DNA of 64,000 nucleotides from Lytechinus pictus (Eukaryota), in assembly GCF_037042905.1 (NCBI RefSeq), contig NC_087252.1:1118001-1182000 (forward strand). Direction: 5' to 3'. The notes under the pieces were generated by a model that ran no database searches, was not told the DNA's origin, and worked only from the letters and a program-made list of their open reading frames with translations. Made by a program: the position numbers and the translations under genes. This document shows positions 1 to 12,405 of this stretch, piece by piece; the first letter of the stretch is position 1; each line of letters begins with the position of its first letter.

Positions 1-680
1 GGGGGGATTTTTCCATATTATATAGGCTGCTATATGAAATTCTGATTCGGGGGGGGGGGTGCACGCACACCACTTCCCCCCCCCCCCCCCGTCCCCCATG
101 GTCGCCGCCAATTGTAGGAACCAAATGTTGGAAGCATTATTTCCTTGAATATTATAATAGATGATTAGTTCGTTGAAGAAACGTGGCTACAATTAAAGAA
201 TTTCATAATTCCATTGGAAGTTGAACAAATATCAAAATAAAAAAAGGGGGCTCTATAACTCATATTGAAGGAAATGTCATGTTAGATGGTTAATATATAA
301 ATATATTTTCTATTAAGGACTTCACGAAGAAAGCGGGGGTAAGAATAAACGCTATAGTGATTATGATGCGAACTATTTTCTTTTATTTACACTAAGGATA
401 AATCGAGTTGTTCTTTGAACTAAAGTACGTTTTGGATTGGCGTTTCAGTACAATTAGCTTTTAGTAGCAATACTCAACAGCAGCAAAAAAAATTGGATCA
501 ATACGTATTTATATCTTGCTTCTATTCAGCTTCCCTCTTATAATTCCATACAGTAGAGGTGTTCGGTATTATTTTGCACAGAGTCCTAAAATGCTTTTGG
601 CTCAGAAATTAATCTCATTTGCGAGTGCAATACATATGACAATTATCTTTTGCTACATATTGCAATCGTTGATAAATTTG

Positions 681-1169
681 TCAATTTTCATATAAAGCAT
701 TCAAGCCCAACACACTGTCCATACATGTGTACTCTGAAGCACTCCCCATTGGCACATACTCGTGTGCAAGATCGAGGTAATTCGCATTCGCTTTCTTGTC
801 ATTTCTCTGCTCGTCTCCTGATTGGTCCGCTGGCGATGTCACGTGCAATCCTGGCAGCGTGCGACTCCGCTGCATGGACCTGTCACCGACCGCACCGGCG
901 CTGCCACTGCAGGCACCGTCCGGGATCATATACTCATTTTCACGCATCGGTAGACGATCGGAGTGAGATCGGTTCACGTTCGCTTCTCGTGGTTGAGCCG
1001 ACGCCTGGTAATATTTGACATCCGATGATTTCAGGGTGAGGCAGATCTTTACATCTCCCATATTCCCGCTAGGCCCTATCTCCGCCGTGGTCTCACACAC
1101 CATTGGGGACATCGTATTGGGGTTCGTAGGTCCTTGGTAGTCGATATCTCTACATACAACAGCAGGCTC
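681..1169 (-). CDS. Gene A terminal coding exon (cytoplasmic tail with YMIP, YLDL, YVPM, YTCM, YEN-stop)
   Basis: ORF 681..1178 with a pyrimidine-rich ...gatgcag acceptor (phase 0). GC-richer than its flanks. Joined CDS is 864 nt = 287 aa + stop. Confidence 0.75.
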   Translation of the reverse strand, partial: EPAVVCRDIDYQGPTNPNTMSPMVCETTAEIGPSGNMGDVKICLTLKSSDVKYYQASAQPREANVNRSHSDRLPMRENEYMIPDGACSGSAGAVGDRSMQRSRTLPGLHVTSPADQSGDEQRNDKKANANYLDLAHEYVPMGSASEYTCMDSVLGLNALYEN

Positions 1170-1231
1170 CTGCATCACATCAAGAAAGAAATTAGATGAT
1201 TTCCAATGGTATGTTGATAAATTGAAATATA

Positions 1232-1339
<108 letters not shown>

Positions 1340-1715
1340 TGAAAACAAATGTTTACGCACGTTTAAAAATTCAGAAATGACATGTGAAATTAGAAAAAAA
1401 GTGAGATCAGACGCTAAAGGATACAACAATAATATTTGTTTAAAGATGTAAATTTATGACGTCATTCTATTTTTAAGTTAAATATTACGTGAAAAAAAAA
1501 TCAGATCCACCCCCTCCCCCCCCCCCCTCACCGAACAAAGTTTCTTGCAGGTGCACCCACCGAATAACCTAATAAATTAGTGTTGTGTGTTTAATACATT
1601 TTTTTTTTATTCTAAGTCTCATTAAACAACTGTTCTTGAATAGTTACTGAGCTCTCTTGAAAATACAACTCAATCAATGTAACAACTTTTTTTCCTTTTT
1701 ATTTAACGGATTTAC

Positions 1716-1862
1716 CTCCGGTATATTTTGAAGCTGTGACGTAGTTGTGTATCCGCTTGATGGCGCAGGTGGTTGGTCATCAAACTCTATATAAGGGGAA
1801 ATGTCGCCATCTGTTGGTCTGGTTGTATTGCTGTTGGAACCTTGCTGTCGTTTTCTGCTTGA
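1716..1862 (-). CDS. Gene A exon 4 (SSRKRQQ...SPYIEFDD...NIPE)
   Basis: Within ORF 1674..1886. cattaag acceptor, GAG|gtaaat donor, 147 nt, phase 0-0. Confidence 0.7.
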
Positions 1863-1966
1863 CTTAATGAGTGAAAAAGTGAGCAAGAATTACACTACTA
1901 CTGTATAAACTTGATAAAGGGAAGATGCATGAAGAAGGGGAATAGAGCAAAATGAAATGGTTATGC

Positions 1967-2501
1967 CACTGGCGGATCCACGGGGGGGGGGGGGGCACAG
2001 CCGGCTCGTGCCCACCCCCTTTGAGAGGCACAATTAAAACTTGTAATCAGCGGCGTACCCAGGATTTTCCAAAAGGGGGGCAAATTTTTTGGAGGATATT
2101 TTGTCCGCTAACAAATTTAAGGATTTCGTACCAGAAAAGAAATTGACAAGCAAAAAAAAAAAAGGTCTTCAAGTTCATTAGAAATTATTAATTTTGCTTC
2201 TCAAAGGGGGGGGGGGCACGTCCCCTGGAACAGTTGTGACTCGTCAGGGGGGGCAAGGGTACGTCCCCTGCATGAGTTGTGACTCGTCAGGGGGGGGCAG
2301 TCTGCCCCTCTTAGGTACGCTATTGCTTGTAATGTAAAAATGCCGTTAAAACGGTGTGCCCCCCCCCCTTTCTGCTTGTCAATTTTTATGTTGACGAAAT
2401 GTACTCGAAATGAACTCAATTTTTGGTTCAAATTGGTTGTCAATTTTTTTTCTCGGGAAAATGTGCCCCCCCCCCTTTGGAAAATCCTGGATCCGCCCCT
2501 G
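1967..2501. mobile_element. hAT-type MITE with a second hAT-type MITE nested at 2048-2325
   Basis: Outer TIR cactggcggatcca/tggatccgcccctg with 8-bp TSD GGTTATGC. Inner cagcggcgtacc/ggtacgctattg with 8-bp TSD CTTGTAAT. Confidence 0.85.
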
Positions 2502-4411
2502 GGTTATGCTACAGTCTACCAACGAAACCGACCCTAAACCGACTAATGGTCACGCCCAATTTACCAGACCATTCAATGGGCCTAATTTTGCTATCATTTT
2601 CACAGAACATCGGGTAAATTGGACCCGAGGTTTCGGGAATTAAGGATGCCCTTTTTTCGAATGGTCTGGTAAATTGGACCCAAAGTTTTGGGGAGTGCCC
2701 TTTTCTAGAATGGTGGGGTTTCACGATTGCCTTGGCCCGACGCGACAGCCGCCAGTGTGATGACGTCATAAGCCCATTCGGCGTTGTGACTGTTGCAATA
2801 TTTGGAATCATATGACAGTCGCATGAAAGCGACTCAAGGACCCTGTTGCATGGAATCTTTGATTTGGATTGGCTGTTGACCTGCGTTACCATGGTAGTTA
2901 CCATTGGATGGCAAAGTTACCACAATGGTAACTTTGGTTATGCAACCATAGCAACGGAGCCCAGACCGATTGAAAAAACATTGATCGGTTTGAAATTAGT
3001 TTTTCATGCGTGTGACAGAAACATTTTAGTCAGTACAGTATTGTCATAACTGTCGAAACGGGAGTGTTTATTACCAATTTCCTCACCACTCTCAATTTAT
3101 ACAAATAATGTATCAATAAGTTTAGAGTATCGATGGCCTATAAACACGACTTTTTAATTTGCAGGCAAGATTGCCTAATTGAATAGGCAGGATTGCCTAC
3201 TTTTTTAGTTGAATTACGGAATCCTTTGACTACGTTTTGTTTTTTAACACTAAGGCCTTTGTATCAGACATGGTGACAATTCAATGAAGAAAAAAACAGA
3301 AGCCCGTTTAATAAAACTTGTAAAAAACAAAACAAATGTGCAATAACAGTTTAAAGCTGCTGAACTCATTCTAAGGATGATAAAGGTCAATTATCAATAA
3401 CGTAAACTTGAGAAGAAAAGGAAAAAAGAAATATATACAAAGAGCAAATAGGGACTAAATAGTCTAGATTAATTTTGTTCGATGAATACTCATTTGCCGA
3501 GTGGTTAAAGGTGAGATAAGAATGAAAAAAATTGGATCATGATTAGCGGGAATAAAAGTGCTATATAAAATGATCATAGACCCTTTTATATATTTATATT
3601 CAATATATATTGAAAGTTAAAACAAAAATGATCATAGCTCCATCACAGGCCATAAAATAGACTTGCAAACGTGGAAATAGAACAATGATGCATATGAAAA
3701 GTCAAGATTTCAAATAATCTTTAAGATCATATTGGGAGATGATACAACATTCCAAATTTTGAGCAAAATTCATATCGTTGTATTTATATCAAAATTCATA
3801 TTTTTTTACATTGTGGTGTTATTTAATGTGATTTAAAGTCCTAAGTTGATAAAATTGTAAAGATGAGTGATTTATCAATGGCATTGATTTGATCAATGTC
3901 ATCAGTAACTTATCGTACACTACTACACTTAACTTGAAGAATATGATAGGCAACATATTTTTTGTACAAATTATACCCCGCTTCCACAAATATACCTGGA
4001 TTAGAAATGATTCTGTAAGAATAGATTGAGCGCGGGTCTGGAGCGGATCGACCGCGCGAGAAATTTTGCATGTTTAGAATGCAAAATTGGGCCAATTTAA
4101 GCACTTTGACTGAATTCAAACAGGAATCCACTCATAAACAGTAGCATAAAGCGTTCGATGATTAAAAAAATATTTCCTCTGTCTTGAAAAGACGGGGAAT
4201 GAGTGTGCATGTTTCTCGATCTCCGAGAAGTGTGGGAAAATATCCCCCATCCACCCGTGATTTACGCCCGTGAATTGGATACAGCAGGAGTAAAGAAGGA
4301 ATTTAGACGCTTATCATGCTTATATATAGACGGAATTATTTTAGGTCGGTTGATTCTCAAAATTGGTGCCTTAGAATATGAGGATGCCATACATTTGTTT
4401 AAGATACTTAC

Positions 4412-4473
4412 TCCTCTCTGTAAGCGCTCAATCTTCCTGATGGCCGAAGATGCATTTGGGATTTGAAATGAAT
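4412..4473 (-). CDS. Gene A exon 3 (NSFQIPNASSAIRKIERLQRG)
   Basis: Poly-T + caag acceptor, GTAAGT donor, 62 nt, phase 1-0. Exactly bridges the phases of exons 2 and 4. Confidence 0.7.
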
Positions 4474-4685
4474 CTTGAAAAAAAAAATGACAATGAAATG
4501 TTAAAAAGGGGTTTTGTGATATAAGTAATCCGTTTAGATGATATTTACCGTATCATTAGCTTAATAGACTTTATTGACAGTGATTTGTTTACGTTCATTA
4601 TGCAGTCATGGATGATGCAATTGAAGGCTTTTATTTCCATTGTGTCTTTCTTTTCCAGTTCATTTCATTTTTGTCAAATAATTAA

Positions 4686-4906
4686 ATCATCAAATCATCG
4701 TCTTCATCATCACCATCATCATCATCATCATCATCACTATCACCATCATTATCATAATCATCATAATGACCATCATCATCATCATCATCACCATCTCCAT
4801 CATCATCGTCGATCACCATCATCATAACCATCATTATCATCATCACCATTATCATCATAATCATCATAATGACCATCAACATCATCATCACCATCGTCAT
4901 CACCAC
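4686..4906. repeat. (CAT/CAC)n trinucleotide repeat; degenerate CAT/GAT tract also at about 55440-55780
   Basis: Direct reading. Source of the spurious poly-H/D/M ORFs. Confidence 0.95.
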
Positions 4907-5165
4907 ATTTTTACAGAATTCTTTACTTTGAGGGCAGGACGCGTAAAAACTTTGAAGAAGCTCGAAAGCGAGGGAGCGAAGCGACCGAGCTTGTCATTGG
5001 GACAATTTTCAATTTCTAATGTAGAAATTAAAGATTCCATGCACATTTTTGGTGAATTTTTTCAAAATTTTCAGTAAATGGAAGTTTTCAAAATTTCTGG
5101 GGAGACAACTGCATGATCACCACTACCACCACCATCATCATCATCTTGTCTGTGACTTGACTTAC

Positions 5166-5276
5166 TTGGTGCTTTGGGTCTTATTGTCCATACGACGAAG
5201 ACTACAAAGATGACTACACTCAGAAAGATGAAAACAGCCATTAGTATGGCAAATTCCTTGGACTGCAAGACATGTT
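5166..5276 (-). CDS. Gene A exon 2: transmembrane helix (EHVLQSKEFAILMAVFIFLSVVIFVVFVVWTIRPKAP)
   Basis: ttgattgcag acceptor, GTAAGT donor, 111 nt, phase 1-1. Encodes a ~22-residue hydrophobic stretch followed by basic residues. Confidence 0.75.
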
Positions 5277-5351
5277 CTGCAATCAAAGATAATACATCGT
5301 TATATAACGCGTATAATCGTGAAACCGACTCCAAACCGACACAAGCTATTA

Positions 5352-7026
5352 AGGCCTGGTCACACCGCCCGAGCAATGTTGGAGCGGTCGTGGAGCGGTA
5401 GGGAGAGAGGGTCGAATTTCGACAACGCTCGTCACCGATCACAACATTGGGGGAAAACAATCGAAAACATGGGCGTTGCCTTAGCAGTGGACCGCTGAAG
5501 CCAGCGTAGCTTTAGCGTTGGTTTAACGGTGGCGAGCGTTGGTTTAGCGGTGACTCGAGCGTTGATAGAGCGGATTTCTGCGCATGCGGGCGTCGCACAG
5601 TGGGCCAGAATGAGTTGAAAGTGCGCCAAAATTATTTTCCGTGTTATATTTTTACTTTAACATGAAGATTAAGGGTAATTTGGGGCGTAGAATCGACTGA
5701 ACATAATTTAAAGCCCATATAACGTCACTTTGATACCAAATTTTGATTGGCTGCTTAAAACCTGTCTGTGAAAAAAAAAATTACGCTAAACAATGTGAAG
5801 TATACAAACTTTGTGTTATGTTTTACATAAAGATTGATCAGAGTGAATGTTGGTTTATGCTTCTCACATGCCTAAAAAGTGTGTATGAGATCCTGAAAAT
5901 AATTTTATGGCATCAAAATGATCATTAGATTAAAAAAATACTAAAATCTGAAAAATATTAACCGTGCTTTATCAAGCTGTTTAGACTTGGTTAAAACGCA
6001 GAGTATATAACACAACGAATGTTTTACTTTGATGAGGGTTTTTGGCTGAAATTATTCTACAAGTAACTTTTATCTCTGGAAGAGGGCTGGGTTGCCCTTA
6101 TATGCGTTATCAACCCTCATTTTGTTTACATAATGCCCGGAATTTCATGGAATGGAAGGGGAATCGTCCCTGCCGTGCAAAATTGCAAAAATGAACGGCA
6201 ATGTATACACCCCACACGGTGCGCTGCGATGACTGCACGGTATAAAAATAACCGTTTTTTAACAGGTTTTTGGGGTGATGTCTCAAGTAAAATCGGCTCT
6301 AACATAAAAACAGACAAAAACGGGCAGCTAAATTTGGTATCAACTTAAAGCTTAGACACCGGGCGAAATGATGATGATAGAGTTTATTAAAACGGAAATC
6401 CACGGAAATCAAAACGTTTCTCATGTAAATGCAAAAAAACATGGATTATCAGCCCATTTCGATTCCAAATGAGCTCCTTATTCATTTCTCCCCGTATTTA
6501 TAGCCAAATTCTGGTACCGCTCCGACACCTCCATACCAACGCTAAACCAAGGTTCATCACCACAATGGATCGCTACTTTAACGCCCAGCACCAATCCAGC
6601 AATCCCGTGTCCGCTCGGAAACGCTTACAACCGCTCCCCCAAAGTTTGTGAATCGTTTAATCACCGGCCGGGCAACGCTGGCGAAGCAGCGGTTGTCCAG
6701 CGTTCAAGATTTCTGCGTTGGCCTAGCGGACCCAAGCGTTCACGAACTTTCGTCTAGCGGTGCCAAACTTTGACTGGGCGTTGTTAGAGCGGTAGTCAAC
6801 TTTGCTGGAGCGGAAAATTGCCCGCTCCTCACCGCTCGCAATATTTTGAGCAGCTCAAAACTTTCGGAGCGGTAGGAGGGACCATCAGCGGTGGCCGAGG
6901 GTATTCGGCGTTGCCTTAACGGAGGCCAACTTTGGTTAAACGGTGGTGAACGGTAGCGAGCGGTGATGATTTTTTCTCTCCGCTCCACGACCGCTCCAAC
7001 AACGCTCGGGCGGTGTGACCAGGCCT
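5352..7026. mobile_element. Non-autonomous TIR DNA transposon (PIF/Harbinger-like)
   Basis: ~45-bp TIR aggcctggtcacaccgcccgagc...ggagcggtcgtggagcgg and its reverse complement. TA/TWA flanks, GC-rich subterminal AGCG repeats, AT-rich insert inside. Confidence 0.85.
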
Positions 7027-7554
7027 TACGTCAATACTAATCGGACATAACCTTAGTCGGTTTGAAATCGATTTCATTCACTCGAAAAACAGAAAGAGTT
7101 TTTTTTTCCCAATATTGGGTTGAAAGGGAACGTGCATGTTTGCAGGTAATTTTTCCCTCCAATATTTGGCAAAATGCATGTTTGAAGGATAAATTTCAAC
7201 GCAACATTGCGTAAAAATTTACAAAATATTTGGTATCTTTTTACCCAACAAACATGCATGTTCCCATTTTACCCAATATTGGGTAAACTGTTTTTAGAGC
7301 GTTGGTAAGACTGAAGCATTATTTGTTTCTATTTTTTATTTTATTTTTTTTATTCATTTCTACCATCCGTATAATTTCGAATGCATGGTCACTTTATTAA
7401 TGTAATAATCTGTTGACAAAAGACTGATTTCCTAGACTAAGAAGCAAACGCAGGCTTGTAATTAATTACGTCACGAGCTTGTTGATCTCTTAAAGAAATT
7501 TGTGAATGCAATATATATATATATGTATATATATATTATATATATATATGTATA

Positions 7555-7630
<76 letters not shown>

Positions 7631-7689
7631 AATTTCAAAAGTCTCTCTACGTTAAGGTTTTGTGACTTGACGTAGCTTTCACGCGCATT

Positions 7690-7822
7690 GCGTTTCAAGG
7701 AATAAATTCTTGTCCGGCACCAATTCACGTAACCTGGGTTGAGTCCACCATGCACCTTAAGTCATGGATGGGATTCGAACCCACATCCGTTTGGTTCAAA
7801 GCCCGGAGACTAATCCACTGGA
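7690..7822 (-). mobile_element. tRNA-derived SINE fragment
   Basis: On the minus strand: B-box-like gggttcgaatccc and a ctcaacccagg core shared with the SINE at 37280. Confidence 0.6.
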
Positions 7823-8007
7823 ACAAATCGTTCCGTGTTTTTATCAATTTTAGGTTAGAGACATTCAAATCGGTCAGTAATGAATGTAAGTTTGATGACA
7901 ATGTATTAATGTCAAAAATATAATACAATGATTCAACCACAGATTCAACCCAAAATATAACATTTTTTGTATGATTTAGAGAAGCAACACCCCCCCCCCC
8001 CCTTCCC

Positions 8008-9328
8008 CCAAAAAAAATATTGGGTAAAAGTACTCCATGAGGGTAATCATGTGTCCAACCAACATTGTGCATTTTTATTTATCCAGTGTGATGAAAATTT
8101 TGTCAATTCTAAAGTAATTGCTGCTTATTTTTTTAAACCTAAATGGACAATATGCTTCCCGCATTGGGTAAAATACTGCCCAAAATGGGTTGGACACATA
8201 ATTACCCTCGTGGTGGTAAAAATTTTACCCAATATTTTTTTTACAGTACATCCACCCTTAACCAGTACGCCAACGCGCAGGTGGAACATTCTCATGAACA
8301 GATTACTCTTCTCATAAAATTGTCCTTCCTTAATAATCATTCAGAACATTTGACAACTCTTTCGAAAGTGAAAATAACCAATATATCTCGGATGAATCAT
8401 AATGTGCTTTTTATCGATGTAATTATGAAAAAAAATAACTTTCAATTTGACAATCTATTCACAAATGATTTCCAAATTTTGATCAATATTGTTTGCAATA
8501 TTTTCACGACTTTCCATGGTATACATGTTGACTTTGAGTGTACCTTGATTGGAACAAATATGATAAATAAATCAAATCAATCCATGAAATAATATATATA
8601 TTCTTTATATTACTATCAACGAGAGCAATCTTGTCTCTCATAACAGCCATATATTTTGACCTACACATTTAAAACGCTCTTTAAAATTAACACTCTTCAC
8701 TATATATGAACCTTACAGTACACTCTTAAAATAGTTAGGCAAAAAATGCCCAACTTTTAACCAACCCTGGGCAACATACTGTCCACAAAACTATTGTTTA
8801 AAATGTGCCCAAAATGGGTAATAAAAACTAATATTTGAGTAATAGATTTGCTCAATTGGATAATGATTGCCCAGGATATATTTATAGATAATTATTACCA
8901 ACATACATTACCAAAAACAATGGACAGTATGTTGCCCAACATTTTAAGTTCGTAGTTTAAGAAAGTGTATAAACAATTTCATTTTCAATATTTAAATTAA
9001 GCAGTTAAGCATGGACGTTTAAACATAAGAAAATACAGTGATTAGCGTTGTATGTAATTTTAAACTGCGTTTTTACTGTGAAAGTACACTCTAAAAAATA
9101 TTGGGTAAAAATGCTCCATGAGGGTAATTATGTGACCAACCAATATTGGGCATTTCTTTCGGGCATTTTTATTTATCCAGTGTGAAGAAAATTTTGCCCA
9201 TTCTAAAGTAATTGCTACTTATTTTTAAACCTTACTGGACAATATGCTTCCCGCATTGTGTAAAATACTGGACATATTATAATAACCCTCGTGCTGGTTA
9301 AAATTTTACCCAATATTTTCTACCGCGT
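8008..9328. mobile_element. Cluster of CAC-terminal (CMC/EnSpm-like) MITEs: about 8008-8247, 8721-8968, 9088-9328; related copy about 7079-7302
   Basis: aaaaaatattgggtaaaa / ttttacccaatatttt inverted ends. The 8008 and 9088 copies align along their length. Confidence 0.7.
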
Positions 9329-9491
9329 ATTTTCCTTCAATAGTTTTAATCTTCAAGCATGCAACAACATGATTCCTTCTTTAACTATAGTAACAATAAT
9401 AAAACTTAAATGTATTTTTTAGCAAAAAATACTAACAAAGCCGATTAAGTACAGGTCAGTTGCGGGGAAATTATATATGATTATGCTTTAA

Positions 9492-10076
9492 AGGACAAGT
9501 CCACCCCAACAAAAAGTTCATTTGAATAAAAAGAAAAAAATCCATCAAGCATAACACTGACAATTTCATCAAAATCGGGTGTAAAATAAGAAAGTTATGA
9601 CATTTCAAAGTTTCGCTTAATTTCACAAAACAGTTATATGCACTTCGTGGCTGGTATGCAATTGAGGAGACTATGACATCATCCACTCACTATTTATTTT
9701 GTATTTTATTATATGAAATATTCTAATTTTATCCTCATTGTCAAGTGATACAACGATTAATTCCTCGCTGAACATATGGAATTAGCATTGTTTAATACTA
9801 TATGTTCCAGTCAAGTTGGTCCTTATTGTCAAATCTATTAAAAATGAAATATTGTAAAATTCAAACAATAAAAAACAAAAGAAATAGTGAGTGATGGACA
9901 TCATCGACTGAGTCACCTAGTTGTGCATATCACTGTTTTGTGAAAAAATAAGCGAAACTTTAAAATGTCATAACTTTCTTACTTTACATCCGATTTTGAT
10001 GACATTTTCAGCACTATGCTAGTTTGATTTTTCTCTATTTATTCAAGTCAGCATTTTCCTGGGGTGGACTTGGCCT
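9492..10076. mobile_element. TTAA-TSD MITE (Kolobok-like)
   Basis: TTAA|aggacaagtccacccc ... ggggtggacttggcct|TTAA with long imperfect inverted arms. Confidence 0.88.
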
Positions 10077-10801
10077 TTAAATATGAATGTTTATTTCATC
10101 ATTTGACATTTTCTTATATACTTTCATCTGCGTACAGAAGATAGAGAATTTTTATCAAGATAGTCCCGAATTGGTATCGGTTATATTCTTTGCTTCTGTC
10201 CTTAATAATCAGAATAAAATCCCTGTATCATATATGTGTGAAATATGAATCAGATATGAAGAAAATCAATCGAATTCAATGTCAAAGAAAAAAGGCCATA
10301 TTTTTGTTAGATTGTTGGGGGGGTTGTTTAGACCTACAGCACGTGTTTACTCTAAAAAGATAGGAAGAAATCGAGTCAGTTTAGACCCTGAAATCAGTCA
10401 GTTTGGGTCATATTCCAATTTCAATTTTCATTTTCAAAATAATTCAATTCAATTTTCAATTCAATTCTTTATTTCATTTCCATTCAAACATAATACAAAG
10501 TAATATAAAACGGATAAAATTTTACAGATAAACATTCTTATCTCGTAGAAATATTAAAAAACAGTATAAAATTGAGCATAATTGGAAATGAGGGGGTCCA
10601 CTAAAAGCAATGCTTGTAAAGTGTGGATCCCCCTTGGAAAAAATAGTAAATTGTCAACTTAATCATAATATGCAGGAAAGAAAAAAAAGAAGGATCGAAA
10701 AGTTGGAAATCAGATTGTAGGGCTAGTCACACAAGGCAAAGATTTCATAACATCCAACCCACTTATATATTATATATATATTTATATATATACATAAATA
10801 T

Positions 10802-10999
10802 CCTTCATCAGGATCTAAACCCATATATGAAATACAAAATATAGGCCTACTAATAACAATGATAAATACAATGCAATGCAAATATATAACGTTATATATT
10901 GCATTGAATTGTATTTATCATTGTTATTAGTAGGCCTATATTTTGTATTTTATATATTGGCTTAGATCCTGATGAAGGGCATGTGCCCGAAAGCTTGAT
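10802..10999 (+). mobile_element. Penelope-like element remnant: ~177-bp palindrome ending in a minimal type-I hammerhead-like motif
   Basis: Near-perfect inverted repeat centred on aacgtt (~10890). Motif atc-CTGATGA-a-gggc-atgt-gccc-GAAA-gctt-gat at 10966-10999. Confidence 0.6.
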
Positions 11000-11271
11000 A
11001 AAGACGGGTATTGATTGACCTTGCTACGGCCCTCCCCATACACTTGATCTCAAATATGATTATGAAGGAGACCCGTACACGTACATCGCCAAGATTGATT
11101 ACTTAATCATATTATATGTGTCTCAACAGGCTAAATCGGCAGCTCCTATAACTGTTATGTTAAAATAGTGTGGCAACGAAAAAACATTATATACAAAGAG
11201 AAATATGAATATGATGATCATCGCAAAATCAATGAACAAATCAGTTGAAAATCAATATTGAATTTACTTAC

Positions 11272-11326
11272 CAAAGAACAGGAATGCTAGCCATAGTGCA
11301 AATCTTGGTATGTCATGAAAAGCCAT
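11272..11326 (-). CDS. Gene A exon 1 (signal peptide MAFHDIPRFALWLAFLFF) of a single-pass membrane protein with a Tyr-motif-rich tail
   Basis: ATG at 11326, 18 hydrophobic codons plus 1 nt, then a GTAAGT donor (phase 1). Phase matches the exon at 5276. Not in the ORF track. Small intervening exons cannot be excluded. Confidence 0.6.
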
Positions 11327-12136
11327 GATTTCATTTTCCTTGGGAAATAATATGATAGAATTTCCAATGTTCTTCAGAATTAGACAAGATTAGCAAAACC
11401 TATTCGTTTTTTTCTAGAGCGAAGCACATGCAACACAATCAAGAGTTCATTTAGCATGCATGTTCAGTAACAAGCCGTTCGATATTGCAAAAAAGAGAGA
11501 TGTGTTTCCTGCCTGTCTGTCACTCACTCTATCATTTATCATTTTCATATCACTTTCGGAATTACATCGAGGAGCCTGTTATCAAAAGTTGATTTGCTTT
11601 CGATCATAATATGAGGAAACTTATCATTTTCAAGTGAATATTTTACAAGTATACACATCACGCACTTCCCCTGATATGTCAAACTTAAAGCAATATTTAT
11701 CAATATTTTTGTTAATGGTGTACAACTTTGTATACGCTGTCAAAAAAATGACATGATGTAACAATTTAATAGGTTGTGAAAATTATATTCCCTACATCAA
11801 AGAATCTGGCAGTATCTGATATGAATATTTATGAGAACGTTTGAGATCTGGTCTCAGTATAGTTAAGATACGTAACATGCTTTTTAATGGGTGATAAAGT
11901 GAATTTGAACAAAGTGCAATCATTTGTGTGTGAGGGAGAGGGTGTGGGTGTGTGTGTGTCTGACTGGAACTCCTTGCTCATTTGGACTTTCATGGCTTCT
12001 TATGCATGATATTGATTGACTCAAATTCTAGATCAAAATCACTCACACTTTCCTGGTTTCCAAAAATAGTCATGATAGTAGGAGGTATAGTGATAAACCA
12101 TCATGGAATTGTTTTGGTTGCATGAATAATTGGGAG

Positions 12137-12360
12137 GATTGATTGATTATTTTGATTGATTGATTGGTTGGTTGGTTGGTTGGTTGGTTGGTTGGTTGGT
12201 TGGTTGGTTGGTTGGTTGGTTGGTTGGTTGGTTGGTTGGTTGGTTGGTTGGTTGGTTGGTTGGTTGGTTGGTTGGTTGGTTGGTTGATTGATTGATTGAT
12301 TGATGGGTTGATTGATTGATTGATTATTTGATTGATTATTTGATTGATTGATTGATTGAT
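12137..12360. repeat. (TTGA)n-(TTGG)n compound tetranucleotide repeat
   Basis: Direct reading. Confidence 0.97.
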
Positions 12361-12405
12361 GGAACAGATCGAACAATTCAATCAAATTTAGTGCACCATC
12401 TGAAC

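Noticed and set aside
4585..5077. Poly-His/Asp/Met ORFs
   Set aside because: Translations of a (CAT)n microsatellite in an intron of gene A, with no splice support.
10120..10200. Possible extra ectodomain exon of gene A
   Set aside because: The phase-1-compatible frames hit stop codons before any donor. The open frame has an incompatible phase and a weak donor.
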